Source of the DNA: Bugula neritina
Taxonomy: Eukaryota; Animalia; Bryozoa
Reading direction: 5' to 3'
DNA: 64,000 nucleotides
NCBI GenBank assembly: GCA_964035545.1
Contig: OZ037770.1
Span: 10,050,973 to 10,114,972 of the forward strand
The position numbers were made by a program, and so were the translations under genes. Positions 25,739 through 40,200 of the stretch are shown here, one piece after another (position 1 is the stretch's first letter; each line of letters starts with the position of its first letter). The notes below the pieces were generated by a model. That model did not search any database. It had not been told where the DNA came from and saw only the letters and a program-made list of their open reading frames with translations.

Positions 25739-27133
25739 ATGCCCCATATGAAGACTTTCCAGATGAGAAGAATTCTTATACTAACCTGCAGTGTCACATG
25801 GGCTATAACACTGAGTGTCATGTTGTACCACAACTATTCTCCTAAATTTGGTGAAGAAGTATATATAACCATGAATAGTTCTGTTCTGACAGTCAACACC
25901 ACTGAGACAGTGAATAAGTGTGAGTCAAATGGACAGCTTGGATCCTTAACATCGAGAATTCTTAGTAACTTTTCCGTCACGTGTGGGCTGCAGTCTCTTC
26001 AGCACATCGCGACATTAGCTAGTCAAGTTGATATTTTAAAAAGAGATTTTCCATTCCAATTAAACCAGATTGTCTGTGCGCTAAATAGAAAGCTCTGGAC
26101 TGTTCTTTACGGAATCACAAAAGACAAGCAACACAGCGTTGTGCGTAACATAACAGTTAAAAGGTTTGAACAAAGACACAAATCTTTAGCTTTCATAAAA
26201 ATGTTTAAAGTAGGTGGTAGTCATATATCAACGCTCTTGAATACATACAGCTACAGACATGATCTAAACATAGACCCAGTATTAGCAATCGCAGGTAAGA
26301 AAGGTACTCTCCGATATGAAGACCGGTGTGTAGATGTTGCTGGAGTTGACCACCCACAACAGTTCTTCTACGCTAGTTTCAAATCTAAACAATCACGCCA
26401 ACAGTACTTCTGCAATGATGTCTTAGAGTTTATGACAATAAGAAATCCTGTACAGAGAGTGTGGAGTGCATACAACCACTTTGTAAGACAAGCTTTGTCA
26501 AAACCAAGTCTCGCTGAATTCCTAATGACTAACCATGAAATGTTGACTCCACCAAACAAATTATTTTCTCTCGACGTTGAAAAGGCAACTAAAATAACTA
26601 AAAACATGACAATTCTGTCTCAAGAAGACATGGATGTTTCACTCATACTTCTTGCTATGAAAGCTAATCTAAGCATCTGCGATGTAATGTACGCACCTTG
26701 TAAACAAACAGGAAACGATTGGGAAGTTAATAAATGTAACGACAAAAAACCTCCACTAGATATCGAATCTGAAAAAATAATTATGTCTCACGTCAACAAC
26801 TCAGGAGAGCAACGCTTCTACGAGAGAAATCTAAAAAATTTTAGACAGGAAGTAGAGAAAAATGATTTAACTGATGCTGTGTCCGACTACTTGCGCATAA
26901 GAGATCAAGCTGAGTTAGCATGTTCTACTAAACTCAGCCGGATGGCTTGGCAGAACGTTTTCTTTGTTGACGCCAAAGTTAAGTTAGTTTTTGAAACAGC
27001 ACGCCTCTACTTCAGTACTGGTGCTGGCCAACATTCAAAAATCTCACCACTCTGGGTTTGCATGCAAAACTATTGCCACGACAACTACAAGCTGAATGTG
27101 GATCCTAGTAACAGCGTGCGGCCAATCACATAA
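25739..27133 (+). CDS. Intronless Golgi-type sulfotransferase, galactose-3-O-sulfotransferase-like, 464 aa
   Basis: Single long ORF with a type II N-terminal TM (RRILILTCSVTWAITLSVMLY), a 5'-PSB-like motif LAFIKMFKVGGSHISTLL and a 3'-PB motif FMTIRNPVQRVWSAYNHF. A later region (ILSQEDMDVSLILL) resembles the Gal3ST family. Confidence 0.75.
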   Translation: MPHMKTFQMRRILILTCSVTWAITLSVMLYHNYSPKFGEEVYITMNSSVLTVNTTETVNKCESNGQLGSLTSRILSNFSVTCGLQSLQHIATLASQVDILKRDFPFQLNQIVCALNRKLWTVLYGITKDKQHSVVRNITVKRFEQRHKSLAFIKMFKVGGSHISTLLNTYSYRHDLNIDPVLAIAGKKGTLRYEDRCVDVAGVDHPQQFFYASFKSKQSRQQYFCNDVLEFMTIRNPVQRVWSAYNHFVRQALSKPSLAEFLMTNHEMLTPPNKLFSLDVEKATKITKNMTILSQEDMDVSLILLAMKANLSICDVMYAPCKQTGNDWEVNKCNDKKPPLDIESEKIIMSHVNNSGEQRFYERNLKNFRQEVEKNDLTDAVSDYLRIRDQAELACSTKLSRMAWQNVFFVDAKVKLVFETARLYFSTGAGQHSKISPLWVCMQNYCHDNYKLNVDPSNSVRPIT

Positions 27134-30100
27134 CCTGATATTTGTTGCTGCTTGCTTTTATGTATAATTATTATGGTAAATTGACTTTCAAGGTGCTTTC
27201 AATTTTGAAAACAGAGATATTCTAACAAGCTAGATTTTTATTAATGACTTACTTCATCATTGTGAAGTGAAATTATTAGCCTATAATTATACCCTTTCCA
27301 GTAGTAAATAAATCAAGTTTGATTTATGTGACTTTATCTTATTTATTGTTTTCAATACAATGTTATAAACATTTTATATCTCTTATTTTTCAACTGCATT
27401 TGTTACTAAATACATATAGGCTTGTCTACACTGTAAATATTATTAAACAATAAGCCACCAATACATCATTTAAGCCAACTGGTACAAAGCTTACAAAATA
27501 TTTCATCATCAACATTAAATGCTGTTGCATGCTCAATTATTTATCTAATTGCGTTCATGTTTGCAATAGAGAGTCAAAAGTTTCAGTTCAAGTCTATAAC
27601 AATTAACAGAATTGATCACAATTTGTTGTACTCATTAAACATTATACATGCAATTATCTTTACCATTTAATTTTCCTCTTTTGAGTTTTATATTAATTAA
27701 CTATAAAAATAGTTCATGAAATTGCCAATGTTGGTGAAACAATTATCATATTGATTGCCCTCATACACAATTATTGACACTATTCATACAATGTGCAATA
27801 ACGTAAACTGTAATAACAGACATTTAGCCTCTGCTCCAATTACATTATTTTATTGATTACTCCTACTGTTATTGTACTTTTTGTAATTAATTGACCTGCA
27901 AGTGACTGGTCAGATGAATTAATTATTCACGTGTGGTATTTTGATGGCATAATGTCACGTTGTTGTCAAAAAGTGTTATTTGCTTGAGAACTGTGCACAG
28001 CTATTACACTCGTGCCAACTTTACATTTTGTTATGATCTTCATATATTGTTTATTCCATTTATTCCATTTATCTATTATTGTGTAGGGGTGACGTTAGTT
28101 CAACCATGAAATAATCTTTATGAATAGTCTGATAAGTTATAAATAAACATGAAAAAATATTGACAGATTGTAAAATTCACTCGTGCATCTGTTAATACCA
28201 TTATATCTTTTACATTTACAATTATTCAATATATAGATTAAATTAAATAGAAATTAGCAGTAATTTACAGAAAATTTGCATTAGCAGCTTTACCACTTAG
28301 AAAAGTTTGGTCAAGTTAAGAATCTACTATTTGTTGCTTTTATAAAATTAGTTTTCCATAGTTTTATGTTGACAATTAACTTATACTCTGCATTAAAAAG
28401 CACAAAAGGGTAAAAACTAAATCAATAAAGTGTATTGTTCAGTCTCTCAAATTCTTTTACAATCTGATCCATAAAATGTGACATGCACTTTTATAATTAT
28501 TTGGAAGTATGAGATACGATGTTGGTGTCAACAAGTAGGACATGTAATATAGCTGTATGCTCAATGATATTTTATTATACTATTATATATGAATAATGCC
28601 AGTTACACACTATTTATGTCTAATTTAGAACATGTAATTTTTCAAATTACGAATTAAGTGCAGGTGTTTTATTTATACAATTCAGTTTAATTTATTAAGT
28701 TTTCTTTATACCACATATAAATCCGCAATAAATAGCTATTATCCATCATGACAGGACATCTCATCTCTACTTCTGGCAGACAACAGTTATTTCTAAATTA
28801 ACTGCCACACATTATTCTAACTCTTTGTAGCAATAATACATTATATAATGCATATAGTACATATAATACATATACTAGATATAACACATACATGAACATG
28901 CACATATAATAAATATAATACACATAATATAAATTTAGCACATATAGTTTTAATTCTGTTCAACACACAGACAATTGTTATTTGGATAAAATTTAGCACT
29001 CAGTTCTAATGATGACTAGAGTTCTCTCCCCTGCCTAGCTGAGAGTTTTTCTGACAAGCTTGAGCATATTATTTTGTATCACTATATAATAAACCCGTGC
29101 AGGACTACAGCTGTGGAGGTAAAAAGGAAATTCAGTAAATCTAAATGGAAAATTCTGTATAATAACAAATGGTAAAAAGTTGAGTGGAAATATCAATGAA
29201 ACTATGATAATTATTTGATAGTTTTTTAACAAATTTGCCTGCTTTTATTAAACAATAATAATTTCTTCACAGTGTATGTTTTTATCTCAGATATTTATGA
29301 TTATGAAGAATAATATATTATAAGCAATGAAATATATGCTCTTGGACCCTTAGAGAAAATATGCAGTAGCCATTAATTATTATTTAAAAGTATTGAGGAA
29401 AAATAACTTTGATATCACAGATATACAAGATGAACAGAATATGCATAGTTTCTGAGAGCAAAAAAAAAGATTTTATATATATGGAATGATATCATGCATT
29501 ACAGATTTCAATACTCTCTCAATATATGTATATATGTAAACTTAATTTTATTTTTAACAAAAAAACTGAATAAGATTGTTGCTTTGTCTTGAAAGATTTC
29601 TCCGGTAATTATAGCATTAATTTGTTGACTGAAGGTGAATGGCAATCAGTGTTGAACAAATAAGACAGCCTCTTATCAAGATTATCAGGTGAAGAGGGTA
29701 ATTTACCACCCATTAACTTTTCATGACATGTTTACTGTTTGGATTAATAACACATCAATGTTTGTTTATTAGATAGCAACCTTGTATCCATAACAGTTAG
29801 CCCCATTACCTTACTTTATACGGGACGTGCTGCAGTTATCCCTACAAGTGCATAGAAAAGATTGACTAAAAATAGATCTCATACATTATTTTAAAAACAT
29901 TAAGAATAGAAGTACGTTGTTTTACAGAGCTTAAACTAGTGTTACGATGTTTTATCATGTAACGTAAATGGAACACCAGTCAGAATTTTATCTATCAAAA
30001 ATTAAAATATGGTGTAGCCAAGCCTCTAAAGTCTTTCCCATCAGTCTACACAAGCCACGCCAAAACAAATTGAATTTGCCATCTTTTTGTTTACAAACTA

Positions 30101-30996
30101 AACTTAAGCTCCCATACTCTCTATGCATCGAATATTAATGCATTGCTAAAAAAGTTGTGAATCACTGCTCTATATACACTTGGCAAATGGAAGCGACTGT
30201 TATCAAATTTTTATCAGATACTAATGCATTCATTTATCTGATTATTTTTAGAATCAGCAAAAATTATTTTTGAGCTTATGGTATATTTTAACAAACATGT
30301 ATTTATTTATAAATTATGGTCTAGCAGTTTTATTTATTTTTAACCTGTCTTTAGCACCGGAATTTGCTTACGCAGTGGTAAATACACTCAAAAGATAGAT
30401 GATTAGAAAATTGCACTCAAAACAGTTGCGAATTGTGTTTGCTGGATGTTTTCACTAGTACTCAACTTAGAAAAAAAATAAAAATATATACAGTATAAAT
30501 TGAAATACTGCAATGCATATCTGACAATATTATTACTACATTGAGTATAACCTTGCTATCTCCAGGCTACCCTTTTCACCGAAATACTCAAAAGTTAAAA
30601 AAAGATGGTTGAATATTTTCTAACTGACTCAAAAGTTCATCTATTGCTCTCACACAAAGCATCCTTGTTTGTATTAGAAGTACAATACAACTCAATAAAT
30701 TGCTAAGCAGCGGGTATAGATATATTATTCAAAATAAGTTTTAATTTGCTAAAATTGACACTGAAAAACTTTGGGTTATTTCAAGCTGCTAAGAATTAAT
30801 AATTATACTTATATTTATATTGTATTATATTGTATAATTATATTTAAATATGTATTTAAATTTATGTTATATATTTGAATTTTTACGACAATATGCAACA
30901 TATTACAATAGTTTTAGTATTTTTAGTTTAGGTTATTACCACTCTGAGCCTCCTGTACTACTTAAAAACGTAACTGTAGTGTTAAGTTTAACCAGT

Positions 30997-31069
30997 GGTC
31001 TCTATGGTGCAATGGTTAGTACGTCTGCTTGCAAGCCAGAAGTTTTGGGTTCAAATCTCAGTGGTGGCA
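30997..31069 (+). pseudogene. tRNA-like sequence (pseudo-tRNA or tRNA-derived SINE head)
   Basis: A box TGGTGCAATGG, T-arm TTGGG-TTCAAAT-CTCAG with B box, and a TGC-containing loop. The acceptor stem (GGTCTCT/TGGTGGC) does not pair and the anticodon stem is bulged. Confidence 0.55.
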
Positions 31070-31590
31070 AAAGTTTTATAGTAAGCATTTTTATATAGAT
31101 TTGTAAAATGGATATCTTCGAAATAACTGAAGTTATATATTAAATGCTATGTAAGTGGGAATGCCTTTGAGACAACTTATTGAATGTGAAGTTGTGTTAC
31201 CATGAGTAATCAAAGGGTTGCTGGTGTATTTGATTTGTTTAATAACAGTTTATTGCTCAACACACTAGGTGAATTGTTAAAATAAAATATTGCTCATGTT
31301 AAATACAGTTTGCAAAGCATAGAATTTGATAAAATATTTATTATAAAAGAATATGTACACGGTATTTACAAAATAGATAATTACATGTTATAAAATTGAA
31401 TTTCACTTTTAGAAAACTGCAAAAAAATATATATATAAGTTTATGAAAATGTGGTAGATGTTTTAGCAACACAGTAATATAAAATTATAATTTATGAACT
31501 ACTTTAAATGCTGGTTATAGTTTTGAAGAATAAAATAAGAAGAACTTTTAATTATAGTAAGTTTGTAGAAGCACAAAAGAGAAACTAATT

Positions 31591-34500
31591 TCAATTAAAT
31601 CTTTGAGGAACATGATATAACTGTTGAGTTGTAGATGCTGGACAGCCCAGGCAGCCAGTGTTGGGACTACAACTGCAGGTGACACTAGTTGACATGTGGG
31701 GGACAGTGGGTGTGATGTGTGACACCTGCTGAGAGATGCTAGCAGGTGGGTGATAGTAATGATGGTAGTTAACATTTGGTCCCACATTGTTATACACAAT
31801 GTTGTTTGTAGGCACTGCTGGGTTATATGGATGGTAGTAGGTGGCCTCAGTTGGAGTCTGGTTGTAAAAATGTGTGGAGTACTGCCATGGGAAGTGAGAG
31901 ACTGAGTGGGGTGGAGTAGCACAGCGGTCCCCTTGGTAAGGTGGTATGATATGTAGGTTTCTTAGGCTACGCTTCATAATAGCTTCGTCTAATCTGAAAA
32001 GTTTATTTTGGAAAAGTAAAATTCAGTCCAAATGTTATATAACATAATATATATAATTATCAGCAAACAAAATAACTGGTTACATTGCAATTATACCAAA
32101 TTAGTTCATCATTTAGCGGTGCTTTAGACACTCATATTTCTTGTCACTTTTGTGAAATAAAAATATTCAAGTTGCATTCTTTGCTTCCAACTTTTAGAAA
32201 TTGTAAAACATGCACTATATTGGCTGCTTGGAAATTTATCTGAAAGATTTAGCATTAACCGTGAAACTTATGTAGTCCATCGAAAAAAGACCTTTAGCAA
32301 TTAAATGTATTAGCTATATGTTTGTCACATGCATGGTAAACTATAAACTGCTCAGAATAAAACAGAATACAAATAGTATATTTTAAACCATGAGCGGTAC
32401 TACACACATGCCAAGAACTGTGATCACCTTCTTATTATTGCAGTAAACCTGTAACCAAATACCTGTATGCTCTTCTCTCTTCCTCTGTGTAGGGTGAGTA
32501 TAGAGGTAGCCCAGAATCCATGTAGACCTGCCCGCCAGCTGCGAGTAGGGAGAGGTACGCCTCCGACTCTTTCTTTCTGCCTCTACGCCTTCGACTAATA
32601 ACACAGTTGTGAGAATTGTAACCAACACTAAACAACTGTAGTAGTAATGGGCAGAGATAGGGTGCTGTTTAGGGGATCAATAAAGTAGTAATGCTGGTGG
32701 TGCTACTGAGAGGGACAATAAAATGCTAATAATGTTAGTAGCTGTTGTAGTGATGAGAGGAACAGGGAAGTGACTATAGTGGTGGTAACTGTAGTAATTG
32801 GCAGCATGTCACGTAACACTCATTTTTATAAGAAATCCAAAAAATTAATATTGCTTTTCTATTTAGTGTATGAGTTTTAACGTACCTTTGTTTCTGTTTA
32901 AAGTGGCCTCGCTTGAAATCAGAAATGTTTTGAGGATGAATGCTCCAATAGTTCCCTTTGCCATCCTCGCACCTTCCTACTTTAATGAAGCAGTCATTTA
33001 ACGACAGGTTGTGTCTGACACTATTCCTCCATCTCCTGTATAACAGCCACAATATGTAACAACACATACGTATGTTACAACACATGTTTCACAACAGAGC
33101 TAAACCTGGCAAAATTTGTGTTCTATTGTATGAACATTATCCTTAATGATTGCACTACAGTGTATTTCTTATGATAATTATTTCACATATGATAATTTAT
33201 AATTATTTTATGAAAATAACCTAATTTTTTAATATACTTTTTCTAATACCATGGGGATTTCTTAAAAATTTAATTGCAAAGAGTATATTATGTTAAATGA
33301 CTCTATTCCGTGTTTTAATAGGCTTAAACTATATATAGATCTACAGAAATTACCATCTTAAAAATTGAGCGAATAAAAAGTAAATTATATAAAAACTATT
33401 TAACAAAGAAATAAATCACATACTAGGTTTTAGGAGCTATAGGCAAAGAAGAAAAAAACTCATAAAAACAATAAGAAAAAGTACCCACATACCCTTGCGT
33501 TGCATCATTCTTTGTAAAGTATGGATATTTTCTTTCTATCCAGTTGTATATTGAGCCAAGACTCATTCTTTGCTCCTTGGACTGCATGATGGCTGTAGCA
33601 ATTATCATGACGTAACTTTCTGAGGGTTTGCTGTACTTGTCTGTCTCAGGTTGTGTGGTGTACGCCTTGTTACCTTTCTCATCTAAAATATGGTGTTAGA
33701 GAGAAATTATTGCAACTTTCAGCTTACAAAGTATGATATAGAAACAGTCGGTAAACTGATGTGTGCTCATGCAATGTACGATGCTCATCAAACTTATCCT
33801 TGTTATAAAATGTCAACCATGAGTTGCATTTTAAAAAAAATTTAAAAATGAAAAGTTTTTATTTCAAGCAATTAGATAAAATGTCACCAATTATGCAGAT
33901 AGCCATAAAAAGATAATAACTGTTTTAAATGGCCTGAATCAAGATTTAATATTACATTTAAAGCTTAAACTGGTAGATTTTTCTGAACTGTCAAATAGGT
34001 TATATAAATAAAATATTTATAAGCTAATTTTTTAAGTTGGTTTTTTATAATCACCTTGGATTTAACCAGCAGGGAAAAAAGTTTCTGCCATGGCAAGCGG
34101 TTTTTGCACTAAGAGTAACAAACCAACACACTTTTTGAGCTGTTAATTTGTATTTGAAACCACTTGATTCAAAATTAAAAAATTGGGGAAAATGTTTAAA
34201 AGTGTGTTGGGAAGGAAGCTAGGAGGATTTTAGCAACATGATCGAAGCTGAATTAAAGTTTTTATTTAATGCGGTCAGAGACAAACATTATAAATAAACT
34301 CAAAAGAAATTTGCAGGAAATAAAGATATATTCACTGTTCATTAGAGTGTTCTGATAACACTCTCTATGTACCTCATTATACACCAAATCTGTTATATTT
34401 GCTTATAATAAACACAGCACGGCGAGAATAGGTTTGACTCACTGCAGGTACTTGAATTGGGATGTTTTATGACAGAGTTAAAGTTCTAGTGTAATTGACT

Positions 34501-35182
34501 ATGCTTGTTATTTTAAATAAATATAACAATTTGTGTTATATTATAATATATAATAAATTGCACAAATTATTTTGTAGCTCTCAAAAGTAAAAATGATAAA
34601 TAATACTGGCAATAATAAAACTTAAGTTTCATAAAGCCCTATATTTTCCTTACAGAGAATTTTAGAAGGGATAAAAAACCTATAAGATATAGTAGATGCC
34701 ATGCATAATGCAAGAAAATTAGAATATAATCCATAACAAAGATTAAAGGTATTAGAAAGAGGCTATAACTATATATTATATAAAATAATTATTAGCCAAC
34801 AGTATATTATTTTTACAATTATTATTGCAATTATTATGTGAATTTATTAAGAATGCATCAAACAACAATATATTTGCAGTATAATGCATTATACTTAAAA
34901 CTATTGTTGCATAATTTTCAACAGAATGACCTTTAAATAGTTCAATAATTTATTATATTTCTATTAATATTTTTTTCCAATATTGATTAAATCAAACAAA
35001 TTTGATTGCTACTTTCTCTTATAAAGTTAAAATATTGTAAAGGATTAGTAAAGATGAGAACCTGTAGATAGCTGAGGTGTGGAATCCCCATCTTTCTCAT
35101 TTGGAGTTGTACTCTCAACTTCATTCACACTGATATCCATGGCTGATCTGGACTCAGGCTCCTTTTCCGTTAGAGATGTCAT
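31591..35182 (-). CDS. foxQ2: Forkhead box transcription factor, FoxQ2-class, 5 coding exons
   Basis: Exons ~35182-35062 (start ATG uncertain), 33682-33493 ([38 protein letters not shown]), 33035-32886 ([44 protein letters not shown]), 32594-32463 ([10 protein letters not shown]) and 31993-31591, all phase-consistent. GKG.YW.IHP.N..DF..G.F is characteristic of FoxQ2. Confidence 0.85.
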
Positions 35183-37282
35183 GCTGCCTTGCTGACAGCG
35201 TTTAGACTTGTAATAGCTTGTGCTGGAGCTGGGAATGTGTGTTGCTATGTACTTCATCGTCACAAACAGTAATGATGGTAACAGACTCTGGCATGTCTTT
35301 TTGTATTTGTACAAACAATGATGATAAGGTACTCTGCCTTTTTGGGGTTGCCCCAGTCCAATCACAAATGTCTACCTTATCATGGTGGGAAAGTTTGGTT
35401 TCCACTTAACCACCATAATCATTAGTTTAATTCAAAGTACGATGCTACATGGCAACATGCAAAGCCGTTTGCTTCATCTTAACTATCATGCAATAAACGA
35501 TTAACACCTTAATGGTCAAAATACTGTCATAAAACTTTGATTTTTCAAGATAAGTGATAATAAATCATACAGTTGATTGTATTTACACTGTATAAGTTGT
35601 AGTGGTGTACAAATAATATCTTAAAAATTTCCGTCTTTAAATTTTATTTTAGAGTTGTAACTCTTAAAAACTTGAATGACAAATTGTAAAATTTTGCGGG
35701 GTAGTATGTATATGAAATACGTGTTGACATATCAAAGAGTATAATCACAAATTACAAATAGGTAGAAGTACTGCACCTAAAGAATCTCAATGCTAAATTA
35801 ATTTTAACTGAAGCATTAGAATATAATTAAAATATAATTATATAATATTCTCCAAATTGCATACTTTAATAATATTATTAAACAGACATATTATTTTTCT
35901 GTAAACATAATGATCTTTGCAAATCAAAAATAATGCAATTATACGCATGTAATTAAATTCCAAAATTTATGTTGGCTGTAATGAGAATGCAATATAAAGT
36001 TACGAAAGTGTGCTTTCATTTCTCTACAAACATAATTTGTGGAGTGAAGCCTCAGGTAAGATCAAGTATTGTATGTATATGCAGGAAAACTGCCTTTAGA
36101 CTTCATACATGGTCTTTCTTGTTAAATGTGACTGTAGCTTTAGAACTTGTTTCGATTTATGTTCCTAAACAATATTATTTATTGTAAAAATCTTTTAAAA
36201 ACTATTTATCTTTATCATGAAGGGCAAATTGCAGAGTTATTGATGTGATGAGTTAAAGTTATATTTTGATAAATACATAAGAGTTTTCCTCTATGTTAGC
36301 ACACGCAATTGAACATGAGTTATTCATGAGTAATTACTTATAAGTTTATGTATTGGGGTGCATGTGAGCTAATTGAAATAATGTGTTCAAAAAATCTTTG
36401 GACTAGATAAATTTTATTCTGTTTAAAATATTACTAAAATCTATACACCAAAATGCTCTCTGCTTTAAATACTCTTAATGAATAACTAAATATAACATAA
36501 ATGTTATATTTAGTTGCATTTAATGAATTATAACTTTATTTATTGATATTTTTGCACGTTGAAAAAATTCAACTCGCAATAGGTTTCCGCCATTGTGACA
36601 TAAAAATCAAGTTCATGCAGATATTACAACCGTAAATGGCTTCTACAGAATTTAATATCTCACCAAACAACCATTAAACTCCACAAACATTATTAGTTGA
36701 TTAGCAACGGAGGACGCAATACAAACTACTGCTAAAAGCTATTAGCTTCAACTGCTATCACCGAGTAAGCCTGAAAGTTCATTGGATATTGTGAAAAACT
36801 CCAAGTATAGAATGTGTATTACAAATGACAGACTGAATTAGCATTGTGTAGGCAGAAAATATCTGCATACATCATTGTTTGGCTTCGACTGTGTCAGTTT
36901 TTATGTCAAGTCAAAAGAAGTTTGGCAAATAAAGCCTTCAAAACTGTGTCTGACAGGAATATGATACTTGGAGTAAATGGAAAGTGTGCAATTAAAATTT
37001 CAAATAACCTTTGAATGAACTGTTAAGGTCTTATATATACATTATATCACAAATATATAATTTATTAAAACCTTATTTTAACATTTATTTATAAAATATA
37101 TATTACCAAGAGTAATACAGATTTGGGCAGACAGACAGACGATACAGATAATTAAATTATCCATCATCACCAATACAAAGTAAATATTCAGCTGAAACAG
37201 CTAATAGAAGAAATTACATATAATAAAATTGCATTTGTGCTGCGACATATTGCAATTATTGTAAATAAATGTAGGTTTAAGG

Positions 37283-40200
37283 CTAGGCGTAGGGCTTCAT
37301 GTTGACAATATTATACTGCTGCTTGACTCTAATAACGACAGGTGCAGAAGTACACGGTATGACAGCTGTCTCTGTGATTAGCCCGGTGACATAGTCGGGA
37401 GGGGTCACGTCGTAACATATATTGAGTACATGAAGGTTAGGTCTGCTGGCTATATCAGAGAGAGGTCCGGCTCTGTTGTTAATACTCATCAGCTGCTTGG
37501 AGTCACCTACGGTAAGAGGTAGAAGATAATGTACCTACTGTGGGAAGACAACTACACTATATTATTGCTAGCTGCATCCATGTGTTTCTATAGCAATACC
37601 AAAGTTAGCTCTAGAAGACTTCGAGTTGAAAGGTTTAACTTCCCCATCATGTAAACACTCAACTGATTGCACCAACACAGTTGATGGGATTTAAAGTCAT
37701 GACACACAGTTTATTACACACATTAGCTATGGGTGGACAACTACAACTATACCCACAGCATAGAATTAACATAGTTGAGTAAAAATACTGATTATACGCA
37801 TAATTTTACGTAAATAAAATACCAATGAGTAGACAACTACTGTATATACATAGCAGTAGAGAGCAGACAACTACTGTATATACACATGACATAGAAGACC
37901 AATGAGTAGACAACTACTGTATATACACATGACATAGAACACCAATGAGTAGACAACTATTGTATATACATATAACATAAAATACCAATGAGCAGACAAC
38001 TACTGTATATACATAGCAGTAGAGAGCAGACAACTACTGTATATACACATGACATAGAATACCAATGAGTAGACAACTACATATGGCGTACCCAGTTCAT
38101 TGGAGACGTAAGAATCGGTCTGCATCCTCGAAGCAAACTTGTAAGTCTCACAGCAAACCAGAAAGGGCACATTGTAAGTCTTGGCCATAGAAGCTACTTG
38201 AGCTGTTCCTATCCTAGACATCACATGACCATTGGCAAGTACTGCGTACGCACCTACTAGCACCTTGGTAGCCTGTCAACATAATTCAACAATTAATATT
38301 GACGTATGCGCACAGGTGGAAATTGTGCATAATAATAATCTGACATAAATTACTTTTATTAACATAATATGTTTAAAGATACATACTCAATACCACCAAC
38401 AAATGTTCCACTCACCAAAGGCATGACGTAAGAAATAGAATTGATAAAAACATAGGAGCAAGAGAGAGTAGGACAACTCCTCATTAACTTCCTCAACATT
38501 TCTCGACCTAGAAATCATATCAAAATACTGGTTTACATCTACAAAAACTTGGACATTAGTTATAATGACTCATAGGTAATCCCAGACCAGCATAAAACCA
38601 TAGAAAATAATTCCTAACTAATTCTGTAATGTACACACAATCTATATCTGCTTAGTTCACATGTACTTACAGAAATGCTTCAACACTTCATTTATACCAA
38701 AAGACACTATGGTTTAGCATGCTAGTTCTAATAACATAATTTGAAACAAGCAACCATCATTGTTATATGCAAAAAGTAGCTTCTGTTTCACTTTCAACAA
38801 AATTGGATATTTAAAGTTCTAAAAAATTTTAAATACGAAACCTGTATAAACATGGTAACTAACGATGGATCAATGTAATGATTATTATTATAACACACTA
38901 AAAAGGAGAGTGCATTTTATGACCATGTCAACTTGTAAAATGTGATGACACAGAAAAAGATACACTACAGTACAGAGTGATTAAGTTAGAACTTCTTTGG
39001 ATGGGCTGGAAGCTAGCGGAAAAGAAAGAGAATCAAAGGTGGAGAGAGATAAAGAGAGTGTAGAGATAGAAGGAGAAAGAGGAGAGAGGGGAGAAAAAGA
39101 GGAGGAGTGAAAAAAGTGGGAGAGAGGGGCAGATAAAGAGGAGGAGACAGAAAGGGGGAGGCAGAGGGAGAAAGGAGAGGGGAGACAAGTTCTACAAACC
39201 TTCAAACTTGGGACGTGAATCAACAATTATGACGGATAATTTCGGATGCTTCTTTACAGCCTCTATCAGCACTTTCAAGATCACAGAAGAGCTGTAAACA
39301 AGTGAACAGGAAGCATTATAAAGGGTTGGTGGAGAAATTGGGAAAGCCTGTGTTTTAGATAAAAAAAAGGTAGCAAGAAGTTATATTCTCGGAATATGTT
39401 TAAATCAGCTCCAACTTGGAATTCATAAAAAATTATATTTAAATTAGTGAAAGCCTGACAGGAACAAAACTTCTTCTGCTACAATTCTAATCTAGAACAC
39501 AGGCTTTGCCCAGTTTCACCATTACCGTTCCCACCTCTATTTACCTCTTATAAAATATAATTTAAAATCTTATTGATCTAATATAACATTAGGTTATGCC
39601 GCTGCATCAAGTGTATTAATGAGAGATATTTAGCTAGCTAAGATTCATTATAAAATACTTGAAAAGAATAAGAAAATAAGAAAACCTGGTAACTAGTTGG
39701 GAAAAATTATGAAAACCGTAGCAATATCCAATTTAGTGACTAGGAGTCATGTGCACATGGTGGTTCACCATCTTGGTGCAAGCGTTAAGTGAATCACTCT
39801 CAACAATGCTGCATTTATACCATGGTGTGGAAGAAATATAATTAGCAAATTTATATAAAACTTTTTGCTTTTTATAGTCGTAATAAAATTTTCTAACAAG
39901 AAAAGGAAATTGTACCAACTTTATGTATTAGACGATGGTATCCAAAGGGTATAATACAGACCTTTTCCAATGTCCTGGACACTTAATTTACAATTAGGAG
40001 TTGTGCTCCCGTAGCAGGTAAGAAGTAATATATAATATAGTAGAACAGTGCATGCATACTACTTACTGTCCGAATGTAATGATGACATCATCACCGTTAA
40101 TTTTCTCCAATGCCTTCTGGGATATGACATCATCAGATGACTGAATTCTCTCCTTATAAAACCTCTCCAACTCGTCCACTATATACTGTTTAGCCTGTTT

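Noticed and set aside
30997-31069. Functional tRNA gene
   Set aside because: The acceptor stem does not pair and the anticodon stem is disrupted. Kept only as a pseudo-tRNA or SINE head.
35202-35405. Separate 67-aa ORF overlapping the FoxQ2 5' end
   Set aside because: It is out of frame with the exon that splices to the forkhead domain and has no recognisable motif. At most a uORF.
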